Assembly (NCBI GenBank): GCA_965214935.1 | Contig: CBDCCS010000016.1 | Location: 128,001-192,000, forward strand | DNA: 64,000 nt | Reading direction: 5' to 3' | From: Candidatus Velthaea sp. | GTDB lineage: Bacteria; Vulcanimicrobiota; Vulcanimicrobiia; Vulcanimicrobiales; Vulcanimicrobiaceae | Part shown: piece by piece, positions 1 through 9,674 of the stretch | How the letters are laid out: every line of letters begins with the position of its first letter | Position numbering within the stretch: the first letter of the stretch is position 1 | The notes under the pieces: generated by a model | What the model saw: only the letters and a program-made list of their open reading frames with translations | Database searches by the model: none | What the model was told of the DNA's origin: nothing | Translations under genes and position numbers: made by a program

Positions 1-685
1 GTCGCCCGGTTAAAATGACGCCGCCGACGCCCGCCAGCGCACCGGAGACGATATATGCTGCAAGCAAGGTTTGACGCACCGGAATACCGGCTAACCGAGC
101 CGCCTCGCGATTGCCGCCGACGGCATAAATATTGCTGCCGAACACCGTGCGCGATAGAACGAACGCTCCGACTGCGACGATGCCGAGCGAAATGAGCGCG
201 GCAATTGGTACCGGACCGATATTACTGCCGCCCAGATCGTCGAACGGTTGCGGAAAGCCGAATACCGTATTGCCGCCCGCGACGATAAAAGCAAGACCGC
301 GCGCCATCGCCAGCATTGCCAGCGTCACGATGAACGAATTCATCCCGAAAATCGCGACGGCAACGCCGTTAAAAAGCCCGATTAGACCGCCGAATGCGAT
401 TGCTAGAAGCACCGCGAGCGGAACGGCAAGACCCGCATGCAACGCAAGGCCGGTGATGATGCCGGTCAGTGCGACGTTCGAGCCGATCGAGAGATCGATA
501 CCGCCGGTCACGACCACGAAGGTTTCGCCGACGGCCACGACCGCGATCAGTGACGTCGCAAGGAGAATCGACAAGCCGTTGGTGGTCGATGCGAACCCGG
601 GCGTCGTTACGGCTAAGAAGACGGCGAGCAAGACAAAAGCGACGAGGATCGTCGCTTCGGTTAACGCGCGGCGTAATACGTTCAC
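1..685 (-). CDS. Sugar ABC transporter permease (RbsC-like), truncated at window edge
   Basis: Manual translation from GTG at 685: MNVLRRALTEATILVAFVLLAVFLAV...GETFVVVTGGIDLSIG. Hydrophobic, with the RbsC-family GGIDLS motif. Lies directly downstream of the sugar ABC ATPase. Not in the ORF track because it is truncated. Confidence 0.9.
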   Translation of the reverse strand, partial: MNVLRRALTEATILVAFVLLAVFLAVTTPGFASTTNGLSILLATSLIAVVAVGETFVVVTGGIDLSIGSNVALTGIITGLALHAGLAVPLAVLLAIAFGGLIGLFNGVAVAIFGMNSFIVTLAMLAMARGLAFIVAGGNTVFGFPQPFDDLGGSNIGPVPIAALISLGIVAVGAFVLSRTVFGSNIYAVGGNREAARLAGIPVRQTLLAAYIVSGALAGVGGVILTGR

Positions 686-691
686 TCTGCT

Positions 692-2182
692 CTATCCCGT
701 CATCGCTAACGACATCAAACGTTCTTGTGAGAATTCGCGACGCTCGATGACGCCCGTGAGTTGCCCGGTTCGCATGACGGCGATGCGATCGCACAAGCCG
801 ATGAGTTCAAGCAGTTCGGAACTGACGATGAGGATCGCCGTGCCCTCCGACGCCAGCCGCCGGATGATGCGGTACACCTCGACCTTTGCGCCGACATCGA
901 TACCGCGCGTCGGCTCATCTAAAATCAGCACGCGCGGCGCGAGCGTGAGCGCGCGCCCCAGCACGACTTTTTGCTGATTGCCGCCGGACAAACGCCGAAC
1001 GATTTGCATGAAGCCGTTCGCGCGAATACGCAGCGACGACATGGCGTGATCGGCGATTGAATTCTGCGCTCGCCGGTCGATAAGCGTGCGCAGCCATGCC
1101 GTGCGCGCAACGACCGACATCACGACGTTCTGACGGATCGGAAAGTCGAGCACCAAACCTTCGAGCTTCCGATCTTCGGGCACCAGCACGATACCGGCAC
1201 GCAGCGCGCGCCGGGGATCTGCAATGCGCAATAACGTTCCGTCGAGCCGGACTTCACCCGCCGTTCGCGGCAACGCACCGAACAGTGTTTTCGCTACTTC
1301 GGTGCGGCCTGCGCCCATGAGTCCGGCCAGTCCGACAATTTCGCCCGACCGCACCGTAAACGAAACATCGGCAAACAGCCGGCCCGAACTCAAGCCGCGA
1401 ATGTCGAGCCGGACGTCGCCCAGCGGGTCTTGACGCTCGGGAAAAACCTCGGACATCGGACGGTTGACCATCGCCGCGACAAGGGCATCCGTCGTCCACT
1501 CGGCCGTCCGTCGCGTTTCGATCGCCTGGCCGTCGCGCAGGACCATCACGCGATTGCAGATGGCGAAGACTTCCTCAAGATGATGGCTGATGAAAATCGT
1601 CCCGACGCCCTCGGCGCTCAGCGCTCGGATCGCAGCAAAAATCACCGCGACATCGTGCTCGCCCAGCGACGATGTGGGTTCATCCATGACGACCACGCGC
1701 GCCTTCCGCGTCAATGCGCGCGCGATCTCGACGAGTTGCTGTTCGGCGAGGCGCAACCGCCGCACCGGCCGCTCGGGATTGACGTCTAAACCGACCCGCC
1801 GCAACACCGCGGTTGCATCGGCGTTAAGCCGCTTGCGGTCGACGATGCCGGCCGCATTGCGCGGTAAATTACCGAGATACAAGTTCTCGGCGATGCTGCG
1901 TTCGGGCACCAAACTCAACTCTTGGTAAATGACGACGATGCCCGCGTCGAGCGCCGTCCGGGTTTGCGTGAGTCTGAGTTCGTTGCCGTCGAGGGCAATC
2001 GTCCCGCCGTCCGGTAGCTCGGCCCCGCCGAGCACCTTCATGAGCGTGCTTTTGCCGGCGCCATTTTCACCGACGATGCCCAGAACGTCGCCGCGCTCGA
2101 GTTCGAGCGCGACGTCGTCAAGCGCGCGGACCGGCCCGTACGACTTGCCGATTCCGCGCATTACCAGTAACGGCGGCGTCAC
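692..2182 (-). CDS. Sugar ABC transporter ATP-binding protein (RbsA/MglA-type, two NBDs)
   Basis: Walker A GENGAGKST, DEPT, LSGGNQQKV, DEPTRGIDVGAK, SSEL. Confidence 0.95.
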   Translation of the reverse strand: MTPPLLVMRGIGKSYGPVRALDDVALELERGDVLGIVGENGAGKSTLMKVLGGAELPDGGTIALDGNELRLTQTRTALDAGIVVIYQELSLVPERSIAENLYLGNLPRNAAGIVDRKRLNADATAVLRRVGLDVNPERPVRRLRLAEQQLVEIARALTRKARVVVMDEPTSSLGEHDVAVIFAAIRALSAEGVGTIFISHHLEEVFAICNRVMVLRDGQAIETRRTAEWTTDALVAAMVNRPMSEVFPERQDPLGDVRLDIRGLSSGRLFADVSFTVRSGEIVGLAGLMGAGRTEVAKTLFGALPRTAGEVRLDGTLLRIADPRRALRAGIVLVPEDRKLEGLVLDFPIRQNVVMSVVARTAWLRTLIDRRAQNSIADHAMSSLRIRANGFMQIVRRLSGGNQQKVVLGRALTLAPRVLILDEPTRGIDVGAKVEVYRIIRRLASEGTAILIVSSELLELIGLCDRIAVMRTGQLTGVIERREFSQERLMSLAMTG

Positions 2183-3225
2183 TGCGATTTGCTGACGTCG
2201 TCACCCCACAGGCCGTACGCTTTGGCTTGGGCGCTATCGACATTGGCTTTGGTCAACAGCAAATGCGGCCAATACGCATGCTGCGCGATACCGGTCTTCT
2301 TGCCGCCCAGGTACTGCGCGACGTTCTTGACCGATTGCGCGGCCATCGTGAGCGGATTTTGCGACAGCGTTGCATCGAGCGTTCCGCCGCGGATCGCCGT
2401 CAACGCTTGTTCGGTGCCGTCGATGCCGACGACGACGATGTGTTTCGGATCGCCGATCGGCACCGCGCGATTGGCTTGACGGATCGCGCGCAGCGCGCCG
2501 ACCGCGTTATCATCGTTGCCGTTGAACACCGCATCTATTTGCGGATTCGCCGTCATGATGCTCGTCATCGCGTTGAACGACTTTTCGGCATCGAAACCGC
2601 CCTCTTGACGGGCGACGACTTTGAGACCCGGATTCGCTTTACCCAGCGCGTCCATCTCTTTGGCGAAACCAGCTTCGCGATCGTCGCCGGCCGTCGTACC
2701 GATTAGACCTTCGAGATCGACGACGTTGCCCTTAACCGAGCCGTAGCGCTTCTTAAGCTGCGCGGCGATATAATCGGCGCCTTCTTTGCCGAGTTCGATG
2801 TTGTTGGTTTCAAGGAAGTTAATTTGGCATGTGCCGCACGCCGCGCCCCGGTCGAGCGTGAAGACCGGGATGCCGGCTTTATTGGCTTGCTTGACGATCG
2901 GCACGATGGCTTGGGCGTTGATCGGATTGATAACCAGCGCATCGACTTTGCGATTGATGAGATCCTGGATCTGCGATGCTTGCGTGTTGGCGTCGCCCTG
3001 TGCCGACGTATTGATCAAGGTCATACTCGGATTGGCTTTCACCGCATCCACGACGCCTTTGGTCATGCCCTGAAAGAACGGGTTTGCCAAGGTCGCGACG
3101 CTGTAGCCGATCGTGTATTGCTTACCGGCGGCTTCAGCCGGAACGATGGCGGCAGCAGTGCTCGCGCCAAGCATGACGGCGACGAGGGCGGAAGGACGCA
3201 CCAAACGTCCGACAATTCGAAACAT
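2179..3225 (-). CDS. Sugar ABC transporter substrate-binding protein (RbsB-like)
   Basis: Signal peptide, NPFF, NDDNAVGA, VGIDG. Start moved to MFRIVG (3225). Confidence 0.9.
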   Translation of the reverse strand: MFRIVGRLVRPSALVAVMLGASTAAAIVPAEAAGKQYTIGYSVATLANPFFQGMTKGVVDAVKANPSMTLINTSAQGDANTQASQIQDLINRKVDALVINPINAQAIVPIVKQANKAGIPVFTLDRGAACGTCQINFLETNNIELGKEGADYIAAQLKKRYGSVKGNVVDLEGLIGTTAGDDREAGFAKEMDALGKANPGLKVVARQEGGFDAEKSFNAMTSIMTANPQIDAVFNGNDDNAVGALRAIRQANRAVPIGDPKHIVVVGIDGTEQALTAIRGGTLDATLSQNPLTMAAQSVKNVAQYLGGKKTGIAQHAYWPHLLLTKANVDSAQAKAYGLWGDDVSKSQ

Positions 3226-3315
3226 GCAAGCTCTCCTACGGATAATAAGGGACACAGTTCATCGGGTCTAGCGCGTTCTTGAAACAAATCTGCATTGTCC
3301 TGTTGGTCAAGCGTC

Positions 3316-3350
3316 TTGCATATTCATACATTTTTGTGTATAATTATGCA
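3316..3350 (+). promoter_or_regulatory. sigma70 promoter of arg operon overlapped by two tandem ARG boxes
   Basis: TTGCAT (3316-3321), 17 bp, TATAAT (3339-3344). ARG-box-like palindromes TGCATATTCATACA (3317-3330) and TGTATAATTATGCA (3337-3350) are 20 bp apart. argR is encoded in the operon. Confidence 0.85.
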
Positions 3351-3355
3351 TAGCT

Positions 3356-4327
3356 ATGATGATGCTTCCGGCGGCGACCCGCTTGCGCGGCCGCAACCTG
3401 CTTTCAATCGTCGATCTAACCGCCGACGAGCTTTCCAGCTTGATCGGAATCGCGCAGCAGCTCAAAGCTTCGGGTCGCGAACAGCTTGAGTTTTTGCGCG
3501 GAAAAACGCTGGCCATGCTGTTCGAGAAGCCGTCCCTGCGTACGCGCGTATCGTTCGAGGTTGCGATGACGCAACTCGGCGGTCACGCGATCGCCGGAAC
3601 CGGCAGCGATTTTCTCGTCGGCTCGCGCGAAACGCCCGAAGATGCGGCTCGGGTTTTGTCGCGCTTTGCCGACGCCATCGTCGTTCGTACGCATGCGCAC
3701 GAACCGTTGCAACGGTTCGCGGCATCGGCAACCGTGCCGACCATTAACGGTCTGTCGGCTGCGGGACATCCGTGCCAGGCGCTCGCCGATATTTTAACGA
3801 TTAAAGAACGCTTCGGAACGCTGGCGGGTCTGCGAGTTGCCTATGTCGGCGACGGCCGCAATAACGTTGCTTCGTCACTCGGGGAAGCGGCGGCATTATG
3901 CGGTATCTCGGTGACGTTTGCGGCCCCGATGACGCACCGGCCACCCGACGCATTTTTACGCCGGCTCGTCGAACTCGGCAAGCCGCACAACGTAACGGCG
4001 CGGGCCTTTACGAGCCCAATTCGCGCGGTTCGCGATGTCGATGTCGTATACACCGACGTCTGGACGTCGATGGGCGATGAAGCGCTGGTTGAGCGCAATG
4101 CCGCCGCACTCGTTCCGTACCGGGTCGATCCGGCATTGATGGATGCGGCCGCGCCACATGCGCTCTTTATGCACTGTTTACCCGCTCATCGCGGCGAAGA
4201 AGTAACGGCCGCGGTGATCGACGGCCCGCGCAGCGTCGTCTTCGATCAAGCCGAAAACCGGCTGCACGTGCAAAAAGCTCTGCTCCTCGCGCTGATGACG
4301 GATCTGCGCGGCTTAGGTGATGAATAG
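3356..4327 (+). CDS. argF: Ornithine carbamoyltransferase
   Basis: FEKPSLRTR, HPCQ, DVWTSMG, FMHCLP motifs. Confidence 0.95.
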   Translation: MMMLPAATRLRGRNLLSIVDLTADELSSLIGIAQQLKASGREQLEFLRGKTLAMLFEKPSLRTRVSFEVAMTQLGGHAIAGTGSDFLVGSRETPEDAARVLSRFADAIVVRTHAHEPLQRFAASATVPTINGLSAAGHPCQALADILTIKERFGTLAGLRVAYVGDGRNNVASSLGEAAALCGISVTFAAPMTHRPPDAFLRRLVELGKPHNVTARAFTSPIRAVRDVDVVYTDVWTSMGDEALVERNAAALVPYRVDPALMDAAAPHALFMHCLPAHRGEEVTAAVIDGPRSVVFDQAENRLHVQKALLLALMTDLRGLGDE

Positions 4328-4828
4328 ATGCAAAACGCCGTTCTCAATGCACCGAAAACAAAGCGCCAGCGTGCAATTCTCGCCCTCATTGCAGCGCGCC
4401 CGGTACGTTCGCAAGATGAACTTGCCCTCATGCTCGAAGCACAAGGTTACGAAGTAACGCAGGCGACGATTTCACGTGACATCAAAGAACTCGGACTGAT
4501 GAAGGTGCCGCTCAAAGGCGCAGCCGGCGGCCAGTTCAAGTATGTCGAACCCAGTGTCGGGCCGGCATTCTCATCGCGCTTACATCGCATCGTTGCCGAA
4601 CTCGTCACGTCGGTGCGCGGCAGCGTCAATCAGATCGTGTTGCGTACGCCGCCCGGCGGTGCGATGATGCTCGCCTCGGCGATCGACGCCGCGGGTTGGA
4701 GCGAAGTTCTCGGGACGCTCGGCGGCGACGATACGGTGCTCGTCATTTGCGAACGAACCGAAGCGATGCCGATGATTATGCAGCGCTTCGAGGACATGCG
4801 CGCCGACGCGGGCGCCGAACACGTATGA
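4328..4828 (+). CDS. argR: Arginine repressor
   Basis: SQDEL, TQATISRDIKEL, GTLGGDDTVLVI. Confidence 0.95.
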   Translation: MQNAVLNAPKTKRQRAILALIAARPVRSQDELALMLEAQGYEVTQATISRDIKELGLMKVPLKGAAGGQFKYVEPSVGPAFSSRLHRIVAELVTSVRGSVNQIVLRTPPGGAMMLASAIDAAGWSEVLGTLGGDDTVLVICERTEAMPMIMQRFEDMRADAGAEHV

Positions 4829-6057
4829 AAATCGTTCTGGCCTACTCGGGCGGTCTCGATACCTCCGTTTTGCTCAAACAATTCGTCGTTGCCGGTCACG
4901 ATGTGGTTGCGATGACGGCCAACCTTGGCGAATCGGACATGGTCGCCGGTGACGGCTCGCACGCCGCCCTCGAAGCTGTGCGCAATAAAGCGTTAATGCT
5001 GGGCGCCAAAGATGCCGTCTTAATTGACGCACGCGAACGCTTCGTGAACGATTATGCATACAAGGCGCTCGCGGCAAACGCGCGTTATCAAGGCGTATAT
5101 CCGCTCTCGGCCGCGTTATCGCGACCGCTCATCGCGCAACTGCTGGTTGAAACCGCGCGTACGCACGGGTACGACGCGGTCGCGCACGGCTGCACGGGAA
5201 AAGGCAACGATCAAGTCCGCATCGAGGTCGGCGTGCGTGCCGCCGCTCCGCATTTGACGACGCTCGCGCCGTTGCGCAACACGCCGCTTTCACGGCCCGA
5301 TGCGCTCGCGTATGCCGCGGCGAACGGCGTACCCGTCTCGCAGACGGTCGCCAAGCCGTATTCGGTCGATGCGAATTTGTGGGGACGCTCGATCGAAGCC
5401 GGCGTCCTTGAGGACCCGTGGAATGCACCTCCGGAAGACGCCTACGACTGGACCGCGACGCCCGGCACCGCACCGCCCGGCGGCAGCGAGATCATCATCG
5501 CCTTCGAGCGCGGCATACCGTCGATGAACGGGAGGACCGGCGCCGACTTCATGGCCGAGCTCAATAAGATTGCCGGCGCGAACGGCGTGGGCCGAATCGA
5601 CATGATCGAAGATCGCGTCGTCGGGCTCAAATCGCGCGAGGTGTACGAATGTCCGGGCAGCGTGACGCTCATCGAGGCGCACGTCGCGCTCGAGCGCCTC
5701 GTACTCACGCGTGACGAATTGCGGCTCAAAGCCGGACTCGATCAGCGCTATACCGAGCTCATTTACGACGCACAGTGGTCGGCGCCGCTGCGCGTCGGGC
5801 TCGACGCGTTCAATGCTCAGTGCGCCGAGCGGATGACCGGAGAGGTCCGGCTGTTGCTGCTGCGCGGCCGCGCGATCGTCACCGGTTCGCGTTCACCGTT
5901 CGCGTTATACGACGAGTCGCTCGCGACGTATGGTGCGGGCGATCGCTTTGAGCATGCGGCCGCGGGCGGATTCATCGAAATTTGGGGGCTGCCGGTGGCG
6001 GCCGGAGCGGCGAAGGCCGCCGAGGCTGCAGAGCATTCGACGCCGACGATGGTCTGA
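4825..6057 (+). CDS. argG: Argininosuccinate synthase
   Basis: MKIVLAYSGGLDTS, HGCTGKGNDQVR, GLKSREVYE. ATGA overlap with argR. Confidence 0.96.
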   Translation: MKIVLAYSGGLDTSVLLKQFVVAGHDVVAMTANLGESDMVAGDGSHAALEAVRNKALMLGAKDAVLIDARERFVNDYAYKALAANARYQGVYPLSAALSRPLIAQLLVETARTHGYDAVAHGCTGKGNDQVRIEVGVRAAAPHLTTLAPLRNTPLSRPDALAYAAANGVPVSQTVAKPYSVDANLWGRSIEAGVLEDPWNAPPEDAYDWTATPGTAPPGGSEIIIAFERGIPSMNGRTGADFMAELNKIAGANGVGRIDMIEDRVVGLKSREVYECPGSVTLIEAHVALERLVLTRDELRLKAGLDQRYTELIYDAQWSAPLRVGLDAFNAQCAERMTGEVRLLLLRGRAIVTGSRSPFALYDESLATYGAGDRFEHAAAGGFIEIWGLPVAAGAAKAAEAAEHSTPTMV

Positions 6058-7496
6058 TGACAGAATCGCACCAACTTCAATGGGGCGGCCGTTTCTCGGC
6101 GCCGTCCGATTCAACGCTGCTTACTTTTGGATCTTCGCTCGACGACGATCTTGTGCTGGCAACGTTCGACATCCGCTGCTCGCGCGGGCATGTCGCAAGT
6201 TTGCGCGGTGCCGGTTTACTTACCGATGCGCATGCCGCGGCGTTGAGCATGGCGCTTGACACCATCAACGACGAAGTGGAAGATGGTGCCTTTGCCGTCT
6301 TCGCGCGCAGCGGGCGGTACGAAGACGTGCATGGGGCGATCGATGCGCGCGTGCGTGAACTCGTCGCACCCGAAGCCGGCGAATCTTTGCATGCCGGACG
6401 CAGTCGTAACGATCAGGTCGCGACGACGCTTTTGCTGTACGCGCATGACCGGGCGCGGCGCGGCCGCAGCGTGTGTGCGACCATCGCCACCGCCCTCGAA
6501 CGGCGCGCCGCGGCCGCGCTCGTTACCGGCGCGCTACTGGCGGCAACGACGCATTGGCAGCCGGCGCAGCCGGTCTTGCTTGCATTCTGGCTGGATGCTT
6601 GCGCGCAGCCCTTTCTGCGTGCAGCGCAGCGCTTTGCCGCCGTGGAGCAGGCCGCACTCGTGGCGTGTCCGCTCGGGTCCGGAGCGGTGGCCGGCTCATC
6701 GCTGCCGCTCGACCGCGCCGCTGCCGCGCTTGAACTGGGCTTTATGGAACCGTCGCGCAACGCGCTCGACAGCATCGGCGACCGCGACGTCGCACTCGAT
6801 CTTCTGCATGCCGCCGCGCGGGCGACGATTGCGGCATCGCGTGCCAGCGAAGAGTTCGTGCTGTGGACGACCCCGGCGTTCGGCTACGCTCGGCTCGGCG
6901 ACGGCGCAGCGACCGGCTCGAGCCTGATGCCGCAAAAACGAAATCCCGATCCGTTCGAGCTGATTCGCGCGGCGGCTGCGCGCATCAACGGTGCGTATGC
7001 TGCCGCGCTCGCGACAACGACGGGGATCGGGCTTTCATATCACCGCGATTTACAAGAAACCAAAGCGTTGATTCTCAGCGGCACCGAGCGTGCACTCGCG
7101 ACACTCGATGCTTTTGCACGTGCCTTCGATGCATTGCAATTCGACGAAAGCCGGATGACCGCGCGCGCCGGAGACGGCTTCACGGTTGCCACCGATATTG
7201 CCGATAGCGTCATTATGAGCGGCACGACCGCACGGGCCGCACATCGCGCCGTCGGCGAGCGCGTTTTACTCGCAGAACTTGCCGGCCGGCGCCTTGACGC
7301 CTCCGATCTTGCGGCGCTCGGCGTTCCGGGCGCGCCGCTCGATGCACGCGCATCGGTCGAAGCAAAACGCACGCCGGGCTCGACCGATCCGAGCGCCGTC
7401 GCGCAAGCGATTGCCGAAACCACGGCGGCAATTGCCGCGCTCAACGAACGAGATTCGCACGTTGTGAACGCTGCGCCGATCGAAACGTTCGCATGA
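6057..7496 (+). CDS. argH: Argininosuccinate lyase
   Basis: WGGRF, GRSRNDQVAT, GSSLMPQKRNPD. TGATG overlap with argG. Confidence 0.95.
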   Translation: MTESHQLQWGGRFSAPSDSTLLTFGSSLDDDLVLATFDIRCSRGHVASLRGAGLLTDAHAAALSMALDTINDEVEDGAFAVFARSGRYEDVHGAIDARVRELVAPEAGESLHAGRSRNDQVATTLLLYAHDRARRGRSVCATIATALERRAAAALVTGALLAATTHWQPAQPVLLAFWLDACAQPFLRAAQRFAAVEQAALVACPLGSGAVAGSSLPLDRAAAALELGFMEPSRNALDSIGDRDVALDLLHAAARATIAASRASEEFVLWTTPAFGYARLGDGAATGSSLMPQKRNPDPFELIRAAAARINGAYAAALATTTGIGLSYHRDLQETKALILSGTERALATLDAFARAFDALQFDESRMTARAGDGFTVATDIADSVIMSGTTARAAHRAVGERVLLAELAGRRLDASDLAALGVPGAPLDARASVEAKRTPGSTDPSAVAQAIAETTAAIAALNERDSHVVNAAPIETFA

Positions 7497-8476
7497 CGCG
7501 CGTCCACATCATCGGCGCGAGCGGTTACGCGTCGGCCGAACTCATTCGCTTGCTCGACGTTCATCCGGACGTTTCGATCGCGACGCTCGAAAGCCGGAGT
7601 TCACCCGGTGCGCGCATCTGCGATCTGTTCCCGGCGTTGCCGCACGTATTGCAAACCTGCGACCCGCCGGGGACGACGCTGCTCCGCGCGGGATCCGGCG
7701 ACATTGTTTTTCTCGCCGGCAATCACGAGCTTGCGCACCAGCATGCACCCGGGCTGCTCGAACGCGGCGTGCGCGTCGTCGACCTATCCGATGCATTTCG
7801 TTTGACGCAACGTGCGAACGGCGCGGTCTACGGTTTTCCCGAACGGTATCGCGATGCGATCGCAGCGGCCCGCACGATCGCAAATCCCGGCTGCTACGTG
7901 ACCGCCGCACTGCTTGCACTCATTCCGCTCGGCGCGTATGCGGATCGTATTGCATCGATCGTCATCGATGCGAAAAGCGGCGTTACCGGAGCCGGCCGCG
8001 TCCCGCGCGTCGGCTCGCTTTTCGCCGAGGTCGACGCCGACGTGCGGGCCTACGGTTTAGGCGGACATCGGCACGGCGCCGAGATCGAACAAGAACTCGC
8101 CGCCGCCGGTTTACGCGCGCCGTTTATTTTTTCACCGCACGTCGTACCTTTGCGCCGCGGTTTGCTCGCCGATGTTTACTTGATACCGGCAGCTCCGCTC
8201 GAACGCAACGAGATCGTCGCGACGCTGACCCGGTATTATCACGCCAGCCCGTTCGTGACCGTTTTCGACGATGGGCGCGTACCGAATCTACCGTCGTTGG
8301 AACGCACGAACGACGCGCAACTTGCCGTCGCACAACGCGGCGGCATCATTCACATCCTGAGCGGTATTGATAATCTCGGGAAAGGTGCTGCCGGCCAAGC
8401 CGTGCAGAATATGAACGTCATGCTCGGACTCCCGGAGGAACGCGGACTTGTCGCTCGCAGCATTGCCGTCGGTTGA
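7493..8476 (+). CDS. argC: N-acetyl-gamma-glutamyl-phosphate reductase
   Basis: GASGY, IANPGCY, SGVTGAGR, DNLGKGAAGQAVQNMN. Confidence 0.95.
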   Translation: MTRVHIIGASGYASAELIRLLDVHPDVSIATLESRSSPGARICDLFPALPHVLQTCDPPGTTLLRAGSGDIVFLAGNHELAHQHAPGLLERGVRVVDLSDAFRLTQRANGAVYGFPERYRDAIAAARTIANPGCYVTAALLALIPLGAYADRIASIVIDAKSGVTGAGRVPRVGSLFAEVDADVRAYGLGGHRHGAEIEQELAAAGLRAPFIFSPHVVPLRRGLLADVYLIPAAPLERNEIVATLTRYYHASPFVTVFDDGRVPNLPSLERTNDAQLAVAQRGGIIHILSGIDNLGKGAAGQAVQNMNVMLGLPEERGLVARSIAVG

Positions 8477-9674
8477 AACCGTTCGGTTAATCGCCATTCG
8501 CGGCGGCTTAGGCGCCGTGCCTGGAGTGAAAATGGCCGGCGTTCATGCCGGCATCAAAAAGCGCAAAACGGATCTGGCACTCATTGCACTCAACGGTCCG
8601 CACGTTTGCGCGCAAGTCATTACGACCAACGATATCAAAGCAGCGCCGCTCCTCGTCAGCGGATCGCACCTTGATTTCGACGGGGATGCAATCGCTGCCA
8701 TTGTAGTCAACGCCGGCTGCGCGAACGCATGCACGGGGGAACGCGGGCTGCGCGACGCACGTGCATCGGCGCGTCAAGCTGCGACCTTGTTGAAAGTTCG
8801 GCCGACGCAAGTGATCGTTGCCTCGACCGGCGTTATCGGTGTGTATTTGCCGATGGACCGGCTGTCCAAGGGGCTCGAACGCGCCGCCAAAGATTTGTCC
8901 GAGGGTCATGAAGCTGCATACGACGCGGCCGAAGCAATCATGACGACCGATCATCTGCCGAAGCTTGCTTCATACGCGTGGCACGACGGCGCGAAACGGT
9001 ACGTCGTGGGCGGTATCGCTAAGGGCTCGGGGATGATTTCACCCAACATGGCAACGATGCTGTCGTTCATTGCAACGGACGCACCGATGTCGCGGGCGGC
9101 GCTCGGTGATGCGCTACGCGAAGCCGTCGACGGTACGTTCAATATGATCTCCGTCGACGGCGATATGTCGACCAACGATGCATGTTACGTCGTGGCCAAA
9201 CCCGGCAAGCACGACGCACCGCCGGGCTTTCGCGAAGCGCTGACCGCGGTGTGCCGCGATTTGGCCGTAGCAATGGTTCGCGATGGTGAAGGTGCGTCTA
9301 AAACGCTCGTCTTTCACGTCACGGGAGCGCGCGACGACGCACAAGCCCGCTCCGTGGCACGCGCCGTGATCAACAGTTCGCTCGTCAAGACGGCGCTGTA
9401 CGGCGAGGACCCGAATTGGGGCCGGATTATCGCCGCCGCCGGCGCCGCACGTGCCGGCCTCGATCCTGAAACATGGGCACTGTATCTCGCCGGTCAACCG
9501 TGGGTCGAGCGTGGCGCGATTGAAGCGCTCAGCGAAGCCGAAGCGCATACGATGCTCGAAGAGACGACGATCGATGTTCGGCTCGATCTCGGCATCGGCA
9601 CAGCACGAGCAACCGGGTGGGGGTGCGATTTGAGCAGCGACTACGTGCGCATCAACGCACACTACCGCACGTGA
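8448..9674 (+). CDS. argJ: Ornithine acetyltransferase / N-acetylglutamate synthase
   Basis: NAGCANACTG, STGVIG, IMTTD, KGSGMISPNMATML, DGEGA, DPNWGRI. Confidence 0.95.
   Translation: MSLAALPSVETVRLIAIRGGLGAVPGVKMAGVHAGIKKRKTDLALIALNGPHVCAQVITTNDIKAAPLLVSGSHLDFDGDAIAAIVVNAGCANACTGERGLRDARASARQAATLLKVRPTQVIVASTGVIGVYLPMDRLSKGLERAAKDLSEGHEAAYDAAEAIMTTDHLPKLASYAWHDGAKRYVVGGIAKGSGMISPNMATMLSFIATDAPMSRAALGDALREAVDGTFNMISVDGDMSTNDACYVVAKPGKHDAPPGFREALTAVCRDLAVAMVRDGEGASKTLVFHVTGARDDAQARSVARAVINSSLVKTALYGEDPNWGRIIAAAGAARAGLDPETWALYLAGQPWVERGAIEALSEAEAHTMLEETTIDVRLDLGIGTARATGWGCDLSSDYVRINAHYRT

Noticed and set aside
132..977. 281-aa + strand ORF and many similar long antisense ORFs across the window
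   Set aside because: Shadow frames of well-supported genes in high-GC DNA, with no motifs.
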